Source: an uncultured delta proteobacterium
GTDB taxonomy: Bacteria > Myxococcota > Myxococcia > Myxococcales > Anaeromyxobacteraceae
DNA length: 64,000 nt
Reading direction: 5' to 3'
NCBI GenBank assembly: GCA_963766715.1
Contig: CAVYBH010000011.1
Coordinates: 128,001 to 192,000 of the forward strand
Shown here: piece by piece, positions 1 through 14,131 of the stretch
Numbering within the stretch: the stretch's first letter is position 1
How the letters are laid out: each line of letters starts with the position of its first letter
Program-made: the position numbers and the translations under genes
The notes under the pieces: model-generated
Databases searched by the model: none
What the model was told of the DNA's origin: nothing
Seen by the model: only the letters and a program-made list of their open reading frames with translations

Positions 1-1072
1 GGCTCGATGGAGAAGGCGGTGCGGGGCACGAGCTCGCGGGTGTCGTGGGTCTCGAGATCGTCCATGTTGGCGCCGTCGCCGTGGGGCGAGGAGAAGCCGA
101 TCGAGTGGCCGGTCCGGTGGACGAACCGATCGCCCCATCCCTTCGAGGCGATGTGGTCGCGCACCACCCGGTCGACCTGCCAGCCCTCGAGCCTCGTCCC
201 CGAGCGGAACGCCTCCTCGACGAGCCGGAAGCCCTTGTCCCGCGCGTCGGCCGTGACGCGGAAGATCTCCTGCCACCCGGGGCGGCGGCCGATCCCCGCA
301 GAAGGCCATCCAGGTGATGTCGGCGTACGGGTCGTCCGCCCGGGCCTCCTTCGCCCACAGGTCGATGAGGAGGAGGTCGCCCGGACGGATGGGGGTGGGG
401 CGCTCCTTCGACGGGACGTAGTGGGGATCGCCGGCGTGCCCGTTCACGGCCACGATGGGCGGGTGGTCGGTGAGGAGCCCGCGCTCGGCGAAGCGGGCCA
501 TGAGCAGGTCCTGGATCTCGTGCTCGGCCGGGGTCCGGCCGCGGCGGTGCTCCTCGCCCACCCGGGCGAAGGCCTCGTCCTTGGCCTCGTCGATGATGCG
601 GCAGGCGCGGGCGTGGCTCTCGATCTGCCGGTCGTCGAACCGGCAGAGGAACTCCTGCACCAGCTCGCCCGAGGAGACGACATCAACTCCCAGTGAACGG
701 ACCAGCTCGATCGTGCCGGCGTCGACGCGGCTGAGGTAGGGGATGCCGGCCATGGGGAAGTACTCCATGGCGAGGCGGCGCCCGGGAAGGCCGGCGAGCA
801 TCCGCTCCAGCCCGGCGCGGAAGGACTGCCAGGAGGCGTAGTGCTCGCGCCGCCCCGGCACGTGCGGCGGGAAAGGAGCCGAGCTCGATGGCGTGGACGA
901 GCAGCCGGGGCTCGCCCCGGGCCGGGACCAGGTAGGCCCAGCGCCGGGTGAGCATGTGGCCGGAGAGCCCCAGCGCGCCCAGGGCGGTGGGGTTCTGGCC
1001 GTGGAAATCGTAGAGGAGCCACCCGTCGAGCTTCTGGCTCGCGATGGCGCGCTGCAGGGCCGGGATGTCCAT
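1..1072 (-). CDS. M24 family (Xaa-Pro aminopeptidase-like) metallopeptidase, runs off the window's left edge, frameshifted
   Basis: N-term MDIPALQRAIASQKLDGWLLYDFHGQNP..RRWAYLVPARGEP. The downstream frame contains PPIVAVNGHAGDPHY..LLLIDLWAK..YADITW (M24 metal-site motifs). Frameshifts near 870 and near 270. Confidence 0.8.
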
Positions 1073-1120
1073 GGTCGACCCTCTAATGCGGGGGCGGCCG
1101 GGGGGCCACGGCGGGGCGCG

Positions 1121-2584
1121 CTAGATGGGCACCCGGTAGCGCTTGCCCGGCGGTGGCTCGAGCGGGATCTCGTGGAGCCGGATCGAGTTGGTGTTTCCCG
1201 GCTCGCCGAGGGGGGAGCCGTAGACCAGGATCACCCGGTCCCCCGGCTGGGCGAGCCCGTCGGCGACGAGCCGCTCGGAGACGAGGCGGGCCATGGCGTC
1301 GGGATCGCGGATGGGCTCCATGATGCGCGGCAGGACGCCCCAGTAGAGCGCCATCCGGCGGCGGATGGGCTGCTCGGGGGAGAAGGCGACCACGGGGACG
1401 TGCGGGCGGTAGCGGGAGAGCAGCCGCGCCGTCGTTCCACCCACCGTGAAGCAGGCGATGACGCGGGCGTCGGCGTCGAGGGCGGCCCGGACCGCGGCGG
1501 AGGCCACCACGTCGTTGAAGGGGACCGGCGGAGGCGGCGCAGCGACGGGGCGGGGGCGCGAGAGGAAGAAGTTGCGCTCGGCCTCCCGCACCACGCGGTC
1601 CATGGTCTGGACGGCGAGCAGGGGAAAGCGGCCGCTGGCGGTCTCGCCGGAGAGCATCACCGCGTCGGCGCCGTCCCAGATGGCGTTGGCCACGTCGCTG
1701 GCCTCGGCGCGCGTGGGGCGCGGGTGCTCCATCATCGAGTCGAGCATCTGGGTGGCGATGATGACCGGCTTGCCGACGTGGTTGGCCTTGTCGACCATCG
1801 ACTTCTGGAGGATGGGCACCCGCTCGGCCGGCACCTCGACCCCCAGGTCGCCGCGCGCCACCATGAGCCCGTCGGCGGCGTCCACGATCTCGTCCAGGTT
1901 CTCGAGGGCCTCGGGCTTCTCGATCTTGGCGATGATGGGAACCACCCGGCCGAGCGCCTTCAGCTGGTCGCGGGCCTGCTCCACGTCGGCGGCGGTGCGC
2001 ACGAAGGAGAGCGCCACGAGGTCGACCCCGTGCTCGGCGCCGAAGCGCAGGTCGGCCAGGTCCTTCTCGGAGAGCGCGCCCACCCGCAGCGCCACGCCGG
2101 GGAGGTTGATGCCCTTGTGCTCCTTGAGGCGCCCCCCCTCGATCACCTCGGCGGTGACCCGGACGCCGTCGGTGTCGAGCACCCGGAACTCGAGCAGCCC
2201 GTCGTCGACGAGCAGCCGGTCGCCCTTGCGGACGTCCTGGGCCAGGTACGGGTAGGTGGTGGAGATCATCCGCGCGTCGCCGAGGATCTCCTTCTCGGTG
2301 GTGATGACGAGCGTGTCGCCGGCGACGAGCGGCACCCCGGTGCGCCCGGCCTGGAGCGGGCCGGTCCGGATCTTGGGCCCCTGCAGGTCCTGGAGGATGG
2401 CCACCGGCCGGATGAGCTGGCGCGAGGCGGCGCGGACCCGCTCGATGGCGCGAGCGTGGTCCTCGTGGGTGCCATGGGAGAAGTTGAGCCGGGCGACGTC
2501 CATGCCCTGCTCGAGGAGCTTCAGGATGACGTCGGAGGACTCGCTGGACGGACCCAGGGTGCAGACGATCTTGGCGCGGCGCAC
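1121..2584 (-). CDS. pyk: pyruvate kinase
   Basis: [67 protein letters not shown] start at 2584. Confidence 0.97.
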   Translation of the reverse strand: MRRAKIVCTLGPSSESSDVILKLLEQGMDVARLNFSHGTHEDHARAIERVRAASRQLIRPVAILQDLQGPKIRTGPLQAGRTGVPLVAGDTLVITTEKEILGDARMISTTYPYLAQDVRKGDRLLVDDGLLEFRVLDTDGVRVTAEVIEGGRLKEHKGINLPGVALRVGALSEKDLADLRFGAEHGVDLVALSFVRTAADVEQARDQLKALGRVVPIIAKIEKPEALENLDEIVDAADGLMVARGDLGVEVPAERVPILQKSMVDKANHVGKPVIIATQMLDSMMEHPRPTRAEASDVANAIWDGADAVMLSGETASGRFPLLAVQTMDRVVREAERNFFLSRPRPVAAPPPPVPFNDVVASAAVRAALDADARVIACFTVGGTTARLLSRYRPHVPVVAFSPEQPIRRRMALYWGVLPRIMEPIRDPDAMARLVSERLVADGLAQPGDRVILVYGSPLGEPGNTNSIRLHEIPLEPPPGKRYRVPI

Positions 2585-2645
2585 GGTCCCGCAGTTGTAC
2601 CGCGATTGCCGCCGCGGCGCTGCCTGGATACGGTGGCGTCCCCGC

Positions 2646-3236
2646 ATGGGAGCCCGCCTGCCCCGCGCCTTCTACGACCGCGACACCCGCCGGGTGGCGC
2701 GGGAGCTCATCGGGAAGGTGCTCGTCCACCAGGATGGAGGCGTCCGGCGCGCGGCGCGGATCGTGGAGACCGAGGCCTATCACGGGCCCGGCGACCGGGC
2801 CTCCCACGCCCGGGCTGGCCCCACTCCCCGCGCGGCCGTGATGTTCGGCCCCCCGGGCCGGGCCTACGTCTACCTGGTCTACGGCATCTCCCACTGCATG
2901 AACGTGGTGACCGGCCCGGAGGGCTTCCCCGCCGCGGTGCTGATCCGGGCCGCCGAGCCGATCGAGAACTGCCTGCACTCGACGCGTGGGCCCGGCAACC
3001 TGTGCAAGGCCCTGGGCATCCGCCGGGAGACCCACACCGGGCTCGCCCTCCGGGGGCCGGTCCTGTGGATCGAGGACGCGCCCCGGCCGGAGGGTCGGAT
3101 CGTCCGGACGCCTCGAATCGGGGTCGGGTACTCCGGCGCATGGGCGCGGAGACCCTGGAGATTCCTGCTCGAGGGCAGCCCCTGGGTCTCCGGCCCAAAA
3201 AAGTCGCTTGCGGCCCGCCCGCGAATGAAGCATTAG
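2646..3236 (+). CDS. mpg: DNA-3-methyladenine glycosylase (MPG/AAG family)
   Basis: [60 protein letters not shown]. Confidence 0.93.
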   Translation: MGARLPRAFYDRDTRRVARELIGKVLVHQDGGVRRAARIVETEAYHGPGDRASHARAGPTPRAAVMFGPPGRAYVYLVYGISHCMNVVTGPEGFPAAVLIRAAEPIENCLHSTRGPGNLCKALGIRRETHTGLALRGPVLWIEDAPRPEGRIVRTPRIGVGYSGAWARRPWRFLLEGSPWVSGPKKSLAARPRMKH

Positions 3237-3241
3237 ATTGC

Positions 3242-3257
3242 GCGAATCAAGATTCGC
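3242..3257. promoter_or_regulatory. perfect palindrome GCGAATC-AA-GATTCGC, probable TetR-family operator for the efflux operon
   Basis: Inverted repeat in a relatively AT-rich intergenic stretch about 70 bp upstream of the tolC-like start; the operon contains a TetR gene. Confidence 0.55.
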
Positions 3258-3329
3258 AAAACCGATGGTCCGCGCCACCAGCGCGCGCCGCGCCACCCGG
3301 TCGGTTCCGCGTCCCCCCACGGAGGTCCC

Positions 3330-4785
3330 TTGAGCCCAGCCAGCTTCCTCGCCGCCCTCGTCCTCGCCCAGGCGACCCCGCAGGAGGCCGTCCCGCCGGC
3401 GCCCCTCGCCCCCGCTCCGTCCGCCAGCCCCGCGACGCCGGCGCCCGCGGCGAAGCCGGCCGCCCAGCGGAAGGTGCTCACGCTTCGCGAGGCCATCGAG
3501 TCGGCCCGGAAGCAGAACCTGGACATCCAGCAGCTCGACGCGCGCGTCGAGCAGGCGCGGCAGCTCTCCTGGAAGGCCTGGTCCTTCTACCTGCCGCAGG
3601 TGAACGCGGGCGTGCAGGTGGCCCGCAACCAGTACGAGGTCTCCTTCGCACTCCCCTCCGGCTACTGGGTCCGGGACATGGGCACGCCAGCAGGGGCCCG
3701 ACGCCGGGGGCAGCGTGCCCGGGAGCCCCACCAACCTGACCGTGTACCCGAGCAGCGTGACCGAGGCGGTCGTCCAGCCGCTGGTGCAGACGCAGGGGCA
3801 GGTGAAGCTCGGGCAGGCCGTCATCGCGCCGCAAGCCATGCTCCTCATCTCGAACGCCTACAAGGCCGAGCGGGTCATCGACTACAACGTGATGCAGGCG
3901 CGCCGGGACATCCTCTTCGCGGTGGCGCAGCTCTACTACGGCGTCGCCAGCCTCCAGGAGCTCTCCGCCGTGCAGGAGCGGCAGGTGGTGCTCACCAAGG
4001 AGCGGGAGCGGGACGCCCGCGTCCGCTTCGAGGCCGGCACCGGGACCAAGGTCGGCCTGCTCCGCGCCGAGATCGACCGGGCCCAGGCCGAGGAGGACCT
4101 CAAGCGGGCCCAGATCGACTTCCGGCGCGCCAAGCTGGCGCTCGCCACGGCCCTCGACCGGCCGGACGACTTCGACATCGTGATCCCGAACTCGCCCCCC
4201 CAGCCCAAGGGGTCGAACCTGGAGCAGCAGGCCCTCGACCTGCGCCCCGACGTGAAGGCCGCCGCCGAGAACCTCGACCTGGCCTACGGCGAGCGCACCC
4301 GGCTCTACATGCAGTACCTGCCGAGCATCGGCGTCTTCGGATCGTACAGCTACGCGAGCACGAGCACGTTCAACCCCAACGCCTTCTTCTGGCAGGTGGG
4401 CATCGGCCTCACCTGGACGCTCCTCGACGGCGGGCTGCGCGAGGCCTCCATCCGGGAGCAGAGCGCCAAGATCGTCGAGGCCGACGCGCTGAAGCGCCAG
4501 GTCGACCTGCGAGCCGTCACCCGGGTGAAGGAGGCGCAGCTCGATCTCGAGGCGGCCGTCGCCAACCGGGCCAAGGCGAAGGAGCGGACCGGGCTCGCGC
4601 AGGAGAACGCGCGGCTCGTCGACGTGGCCTACAAGGTCGGCGCCGCCACCTACCTCGAGTCCACCGACTCGGTGCAGACGCTGCGTCAGGCCGAGGTGGG
4701 GCTGGTGGCCGAGTCGCTGAACGTCGACCTGGCCACGCTCAAGCTGCTGAACGCGGTCGGCGCCTTCGGCGAAGTGAACGACTAG
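3330..4785 (+). CDS. TolC family outer-membrane efflux protein (frameshift near 3695)
   Basis: Signal peptide and LTLREAIESARKQN in ORF 3330. OEP-repeat motifs (VAQLYY, RFEAGTGT..LLRAE, LEQQALDLRPDV, AYKVGAATYLE) in ORF 3715-4785. Confidence 0.88.
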
Positions 4786-4786
4786 G

Positions 4787-5359
4787 ATGACCACGCGCGC
4801 CTCATCCGACCGCCGCGCGCGGGTCCGCGAGCACGCCCGCCGGGACATCCTCGAGTCGGCGGCGCAGGTCTTCGCCCGCCGAGGCTACGCCGCCGCCACG
4901 CTGGCCGAGCTGGCCGAGGCCGCCGGCTACGCCGCCCCCTCGCTCTACCGGTACTTCGGCAGCAAGGAGGAGATCTTCCAGAGCCTCCTCTCGCTCGTCA
5001 CCGCCGAGCTCCAGGAGGTCTTCGACGCGCCGGTGGACCGCCGGCTCCCGATCGAGGAGCGCCTGTCCACCCTCTTCCTCGCCCTGCGCCGCATGGCCGA
5101 GGGACGGCGCGAGACGCTCGAGCTCCTCACGGCCCACACCGACCCCGACGAGGGGCAGGCCCACCTGGAAGGGCGGCTCGAGACCTGGCTGAAGAAGCAC
5201 GTGGCGCGCTCCGAGCTGCGCGTCCCCCCGGCCCTGGCGGCCCAGGTCGCCGCCGGGATCCTCCTCGCCCAGAAGCACGGCCGCCAGCGGCCCGGGTCCA
5301 CCAACGTCGAGAGCGCCCGCCTCGCCGCCGATCTCATCCTGCACGGAGTGTCCGCATGA
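4787..5359 (+). CDS. TetR/AcrR family transcriptional regulator
   Basis: ILESAAQVFARRGYAAATLAELAEAAGYAAPSLYRYFGSKEEI TetR HTH. Confidence 0.93.
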   Translation: MTTRASSDRRARVREHARRDILESAAQVFARRGYAAATLAELAEAAGYAAPSLYRYFGSKEEIFQSLLSLVTAELQEVFDAPVDRRLPIEERLSTLFLALRRMAEGRRETLELLTAHTDPDEGQAHLEGRLETWLKKHVARSELRVPPALAAQVAAGILLAQKHGRQRPGSTNVESARLAADLILHGVSA

Positions 5360-6452
5360 ACCGCACGTCCTCGCTGCTCCTCACCGCGCTCGCAGCCCTC
5401 ACCCTCTCCGCCTGCGGAGGGCGCGGCGAGAAGGCCAAGCTCCCCGACGCCGGTCCCGGCGGCCGCGCCGTCCGCGTGGCGAAGGCGGCCACGCGCATGG
5501 AGACGGGCCTGGCCCGCGCCACCGGCACCGTCCGCGCCAAGGAGGAGGCCGTGCTCTCCGCCAAGGCGAGCGGCCAGATCAAGCGGGTGCTGGTCTCGGT
5601 GGGCGATCGGGTCCGGGCCGGCGCACCGCTCGTGGAGATGGACCCGGTGAACGTCCGGATCGGCCTGGAGAACGCGCAGGCCGCCGAGCGGCTCGCCGTG
5701 GCCAACCTGGGCGTCGCCGATCGCGAGGTGGCGCGCTCCAAGATGCTCTTCGAGGCCCAGAGCCTGCCCGAGGCCGGCTACGACCGGGTGAAGACCGGCC
5801 GCGACGTGGCCGCCGCCCAGCTCGACCAGGCCCGGGCCGCGCTGGCCGGGGCGAAGCAGATGGTCGCCGACACGGTCATCGCCGCCCCGTTCGACGGCGT
5901 CGTGACCGCCAAGTTCCACAACGCCGGCGACACGGTCACCCTCATGCCGGTCACCCCCATCGTCACCGTCACCGACGTGGACCACCTCGAGCTCCGGCTC
6001 GCCGCGCCGGAGGCCATCGAGAGCTTCGTCCGGCCCGGCCAGGTCGTCGAGGGCGTGCTCACCCCGTCCGGCCAGCGCTTCCAGGCCAAGGTCCGGATGA
6101 AGGGCTCGGTCGTCGACCCGCAGTCCCGCACCATCGAGGTGCTGGCGGACGTGCTGAAGGGGCAGGGGCCCGCCATCCGCCCGGGCAGCCTCGCCAACGT
6201 CGACTTCGGCGGCTTCGGCGAGAAGGACGGCCTCTACCTGCCCGCCGGCGCGGTGCTCACCGACGCGAAGGGCGCCCACGTCCTCGTCGCCGCCGGCGGC
6301 AAGGCCGAGACGCGCGCGGTGAAGGTGGCGCCGCTCAACCCCGGGACGGTCCTCGTGACGGGCGGCCTCGCCCCGGACGCGCTCGTCATCCTCGACCCGG
6401 GCTCGCTCCAGCCCGGCGACGCGGTGGTCGCCATCGGCGAGGAGGCCGCCAA

Positions 6453-6456
<4 letters not shown>
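5356..6456 (+). CDS. RND efflux membrane-fusion (periplasmic adaptor) lipoprotein
   Basis: Lipobox LSAC, lipoyl halves LSAKASGQIKRVLVSVGDRV / IAAPFDGVV, VDPQSRT; ATGA overlap with tetR. Confidence 0.92.
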
Positions 6457-9560
<3,104 letters not shown>

Positions 9561-9569
9561 GAAGGGGGC

Positions 9570-10581
9570 GTGGAGCACGTCGCCAACCAGGACGCCCGCG
9601 GCCTCGCCGGGCTGCTCGGGATCGAGCTCGCCGACGCGCGCCGCCTGCTCGGCGCCGCGGTGGCGCGCGGCAAGACGCTTCGCGACGCGCGCAACGTCCG
9701 GCGGGAGATCCTCGACCTCGCCGCCTCCACGCTCTCCGAGGAGCGGCTGCGCGTCGCGCACGTCGAGGACGCCGCCGACGGTTTCCGCCGCTACCTCTTC
9801 GAGCTCCGGGACGGCGCGCGCGTCGAGTCGGTGCGCATCCCGCTCTTCGACACCCACCACACCCTCTGCCTGTCGTCGCAGGTCGGCTGCGCGCTCGCCT
9901 GCGCCTTCTGCGCCACCGGCCGGCTCGGCCTCACGCGCAACCTCGAGGCCTGGGAGATGGTGGCCCAGTGGATGGAGGTGCGGCGGGACAGCCAGCTGCC
10001 CATCACCGGGGCGGTCTTCATGGGGCAGGGCGAGCCGTTCCACAACTACGACTCGGTGATCCAGGCGGCCTACGTGCTCTGCGATCCGGCCGGCGGGCGG
10101 GTCGACGGCCAGCGCATCTCCATCTCCACCGCGGGCGTGGTCCCCATGATCCGGCGCTACACCGCCGAGGGGCACAAGTTCCGGCTCTGCGTGTCGCTCA
10201 ACGCCGCGATCCCGGAGAAGCGGGCGGCGCTCATGCCGGTGGAGCGCGGGTCACCCCCTCGACGAGCTGGTCGACGCGGTGCGGGAGCACGCCGCCAGCC
10301 GGGGCCGGGTCACGCTCGAGTACGTGATGATGGCCGGGGTGAACACGGGCGAGGAGGACGCGGAGGCGCTGGGGCGCCTGCTCGCCGGGATCCCCGTGCG
10401 CCTCAACCCCATCGCCGTGAACGACGACACGGGAAGGTTCCGCCCGCCGACCGAGGCCGAGTGGAACGTGTTCCGGGACGCGCTCTCCCGCCACCTGCCC
10501 GGGCAGCCGGTGGTGCGCCGGTACTCCGGGGGCCAGGACAAGAGCGCGGCCTGCGGGATGCTGGCCTCGACCTCGCGCTAG
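9570..10581 (+). CDS. RlmN/Cfr-family radical SAM RNA methyltransferase (frameshift near 10255)
   Basis: [18 protein letters not shown] (CxxxCxxC), [28 protein letters not shown]-terminal SAACGML. Confidence 0.88.
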
Positions 10582-10582
10582 A

Positions 10583-10860
10583 TCACTTCTTCTTCGCCGG
10601 GGGGACCGGCTTCTCGTCCGGCGGGTCGCCGGCCTCGGGCGGGGCCGCCTTCTCCGGGCCCGGCTCGAGCACCTCGAGGTGGTCGAGCAGCTCGAGCCGC
10701 TCGAGCAGGTCCAGGTTCTCCAGGAGCTCCGCGTCCGGGTCCTTCGCCGCGCCGTCGCGGGCCGGGCCCCTGGCGGGCGCGGGCGCGGGGCAGGCGCGGG
10801 CGACGGAGGCGCCGCGGCGGCGAGGAGCGCGGCGGCCGCGATGGAGGCGAGCAGGGTCAC
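10583..10860 (-). CDS. small secreted acidic protein (frameshift in Pro/Ala-rich linker)
   Basis: GTG start overlaps the upstream stop. Hydrophobic signal [18 protein letters not shown]-terminal frame reads [53 protein letters not shown]. Confidence 0.6.
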
Positions 10861-12477
10861 GGGGTGGAGACGTTCACGCCCAGGATGAACTTCCGGGCCA
10901 CGCCCTGTCCCGGGAAGAAGTTGCCCATCGCCAGCACGTCGGCCTCGGCGAGCACCGAGAGCCACCGCACGGGGGACCAGGCGAGGTTCAGGTCGAACTC
11001 CGGCCCGTAGGAGACGCCGCCCTGGGCGCTCGCCTCGTCGGCCCAGAGCCAGGCCGCCTTCGCCGTGGCGTCGAAGGTCCCCCTCGTCCAGCGCACCTCC
11101 AGCCCCGGCGCCACCACGCCCCGCGCGTTCACGCCGGACGCGCTGGCCTGCCGGTTGGCGTAGGACTCGGAGATGCCGCCCTGGAAGAAGAGGTTGGTGG
11201 CGGTGATGTACGGGGAGATGGCGAGGAATCCCCCCCAGCTGCCCGAGCCGGAGAGGATCTGCTGGGTCGAGGGCGAGGAGTCGCCGGTGAGCCACACGAA
11301 GAAGGGACTGACCGTGAAACCGCTCCCCGGCTGCACGACCAGGCGCCCGGAGAGGAGCCAGCCCAGCGTGGGGACGTCGACCGGGTGGTCGACGTGGCGT
11401 TCGGCGCGACCGTCGCCACCGTCCCGAAGGCCGCTCCCGCGGTGAACTTCACCTCGCTCCAGGAGGAGAGCTCGAGCCGGCCGGACACGCCGAGCCAGCC
11501 CAGGCTGGAGCTGCCCTGCGTCGGCGCGGTCAGGAGGTTCGCCATCCGGCGCGAGGCGGCGCGGTAGGCGACCGAGCCCGGCGTGGTGCGCTGCAGCTCC
11601 ACCACGTCGTTCTCGACGAGCCCCTGCCGGAGGATGGTCGCGGCGTCCCCGTTCCGAGTCGCTCGACCAGGCGCCCCAGATCCCGACCCACTCGCCCAGG
11701 GACGGCGTCCACTCGGCGGTGGCGGAGACGACCGGGTACTGCCAGTCCGACCCGCTGGGCCAGGCGCGGGACGGGTAGAAGACCGAGGCCGAGAAGGCCA
11801 GCGGCGGCCCGAAGGCGCCCACGTCGAGATCGAGGTCGAGGCCGAGGCCCCAGTCGTCGTAGACGAAGCCGTCGGCGATGCGGAGCCGCTGCCGCCCGAG
11901 CCGCGCGTGGAAGGCGCCGGCCCGCCCCGCCGAGGCCTCGACGTAGAGCTGCCGGATGAAGGCGGTCTGGCTGGCCTCGGTCGAGAAGGACTGGCCGTTC
12001 GTGGTGATCTCGCTCGCGCCGTACGTGGTCGTGGCCAGGTCGTACCGGGCCGGGGCCGTGCAGGCCCCGCCGCTCGTCAGCGCCAGGCCGGACGGGGAAG
12101 TGGTGGACGGACAGACGACCGCCACCGTCGGGAAGCGCTGCGAACGGACGAGGCCGCTGTCGACGTCGAGGCGGAAGCCGAGCCAGCTCGTGGCCTCCCA
12201 GCCCGCCGAGACGAACGCCAGCCCGGACGCGTAGCCCTCCGCAGGCCCGGGGGTGAGGTAGCGATCGGTCGCGAAGGCCCGCGCCGCGCCGTCGAAGAGG
12301 ACGAGCGTGGAGGGGAGCGCGGCCTGCCAGGTGTAGCGCGCGAAGAGCCCCGCGCGCGCCCAGAGCGGCCCGTCCTCCGGCTCCAGCTCCAGCGCGAGCG
12401 CGTCGGGCGCCGACCGCGGGCGGAGCATCGCCGGCCGAGGCGAGCAGCACGGCGGCGATGAGGGCGAACGTCGGCAC
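10857..12477 (-). CDS. putative outer-membrane beta-barrel protein (alginate-export-like), several frameshifts
   Basis: Signal peptide [47 protein letters not shown], amphipathic strands, C-terminal [22 protein letters not shown]. Frame switches near 12430, 11655 and 11390. Confidence 0.65.
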
Positions 12478-12486
12478 CCGGGGATG

Positions 12487-13017
12487 CTAAGGCTTCCGCT
12501 GCTTCTGACGCCACATGTCTCGCGCCTGGTCGCGCTGGGCCGGCGTCATCTGCTTCCAGCGCTGCAGGTTGTCGAGGTAGCGCTGCCGCACCTCGGGCGG
12601 CGCGTCGACCAGCTTGCGGAAGAGCGACCGCACCTGCGCCTGGCGCCCCGGCGACATCTCCTTGTACCGGCCGAGCATCTGCAGCATCTCGCGCCGCTCG
12701 TCGGGCGCGAGCTGGCGGAAGCGCTTCCAGGTGCGGGCGATCTCCTCGCGCTCCGCGGGCGGCAGCGAGCGCCAGCGCTCCAGGCGGGCCTTGAGCTCGG
12801 CCTGCCGCTCCGGCGTCATCTCCTGGAAGGTCTTCCAGCGCTGCCGGAGCACGTCCTTCTCGGCAGGCGAGAGCTTCTCCCAGCGCTCCCGCGCGGACGG
12901 CGGTGGAGCCATCGGGTGCGGCGGCGCCTGGCGCAGGTGCGGGGGGGGGGAACCCTGCGCCAGGGCCGTCGCGGAAGCGGAGAGCAGGAGCGCGGCGAGG
13001 AGGGGGCGGAGGATCAC
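12487..13017 (-). CDS. DUF3106-like exported helical-repeat protein
   Basis: Signal peptide ILRPLLAALLLSASATALAQ; repeats WEKLSPAEK, FQEMTPERQ, WRSLPPAER, FRQLAPDER, YKEMSPGRQ, WKQMTPAQR. Confidence 0.8.
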   Translation of the reverse strand: MILRPLLAALLLSASATALAQGSPPPHLRQAPPHPMAPPPSARERWEKLSPAEKDVLRQRWKTFQEMTPERQAELKARLERWRSLPPAEREEIARTWKRFRQLAPDERREMLQMLGRYKEMSPGRQAQVRSLFRKLVDAPPEVRQRYLDNLQRWKQMTPAQRDQARDMWRQKQRKP

Positions 13018-13500
13018 GGGAGCCCCGCCTTCAGCTCGTCGAGGTGGGAGACGACCTCGAGGTCCTCGGGCGTCTCCACGAGGTCGAGGCTCGCCACCTC
13101 CACGTAGTTCTCGAGCAGGTCGAGGTGGCCGGCCATCTCCAGATCGGCGCGCTCGCCGGCGCGGCGGATCGACACGCCGGCGACCAGCACGGCGGCGAGG
13201 GCGGCGGCCGGCACGAGCCAGCGGAGCGGCCGGACGCCGAGCCGGTCGAGGAGCGGCCTGCGGCGAGGGGCCTCGCGGGCCAGCCGCGCGTAGAAGCGCT
13301 GCTCGAACCCGGGCGAGGGCGGACGCGGCGCCGGGAAGCGCGGCGATCGCCGAGAGGGCGCGGGCGATCCGGTCGCGCTCGCTCCGGCAGCTCGCGCAGC
13401 CGGCCAGGTGGGCCTCCACCTGGGCCTGGCGGGCGGCGGGCAGCGCGCCGTCGAGCAGCGCGGTCAGGTCGTCGCCGACGTGGCTCTCGCGCGGGGTCAC
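13014..13500 (-). CDS. zf-HC2 (ZAS) transmembrane anti-sigma factor (frameshift near 13325)
   Basis: LTALLDGAL..VEAHLAGCASC (HxxxCxxC), PSPGFEQRF, one TM helix, acidic tail DLEMAGHLDLLENY..EDLEVVSHLDEL. Confidence 0.82.
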
Positions 13501-14087
13501 GACGCGGCTCCCTCTCCCGACCAGGGCTCGAGCGCGCGGGCCGCCGAGACGGTGGCGCGGTGCACGAGCGACTTGACGGAGGGTACGGTGGTCCCGAGCA
13601 CCTCCGCAATCTCCTCGTACGGGAGCCCCTCGAACCGGGCCAGCACGAAGGCGGCCCGCTGGCTCTCCGGCAGCCGGGCCAGCATGGACTGGACGTCGCG
13701 GGCCAGCGCGTTGCCCCGGGCGACCTCCTCCGGCGTGGCCGACGAGCCCGGCAGCGCGTCCGGATCGAGCGGCGCGCCGTCCTCGCTGTCCGGATCGAGC
13801 TCCGGGCGGGCCTGGTATTCGCCCCGCCGCACCTCGTTCAGGCAGTGGTTCGTGGCGATGCGGTAGAGGAAGGTGGTGAAGCGCGCGCTGGGCTGGTAGC
13901 GATCCGCCGACCGGTGCAGCTTCAGGAAGACGTCCTGGGCGAGCTCCTCTGCCCGGGCGGGATCCCTGACGAATCGGTTGCAGAAGGCCATGGTCGCGCG
14001 TCCGTGTCTCTCGAAGAGGGCCCGGAACGCCTTCTCGTCGCCACCCTGGAACGCGACCATGAGCGCCGCGTCGGGATCCGGAACCAT
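13497..14087 (-). CDS. ECF-type sigma-70 factor
   Basis: DAALM..GDEKAFRALFERH, AEELAQDVFLK, FTTFLYRIATNHCLNEVRR, LPESQRAAFVLARFEGLPYEEIAEVLG..SVKSLVHRA. Confidence 0.95.
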   Translation of the reverse strand: MVPDPDAALMVAFQGGDEKAFRALFERHGRATMAFCNRFVRDPARAEELAQDVFLKLHRSADRYQPSARFTTFLYRIATNHCLNEVRRGEYQARPELDPDSEDGAPLDPDALPGSSATPEEVARGNALARDVQSMLARLPESQRAAFVLARFEGLPYEEIAEVLGTTVPSVKSLVHRATVSAARALEPWSGEGAAS

Positions 14088-14099
14088 CCATTCCCCTTC

Positions 14100-14124
14100 A
14101 ACACGGGGAGTCGCCCCCGGTTGC
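14100..14124 (-). promoter_or_regulatory. putative autoregulatory ECF promoter GCAAC-N17-GTT
   Basis: Minus strand GCAAC (14124-14120), 17-nt spacer, GTT (14102-14100) immediately upstream of the sigma gene; matches the AAC/GTT pattern typical of ECF promoters. Confidence 0.45.
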
Positions 14125-14131
14125 GGTCGGA

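Noticed and set aside
12487..14091. Apparent anti-sigma/DUF3106 fusion (534-aa ORF)
   Set aside because: Artefact of the frameshift in the anti-sigma gene. The DUF3106 gene has its own RBS, GTG start and signal peptide.
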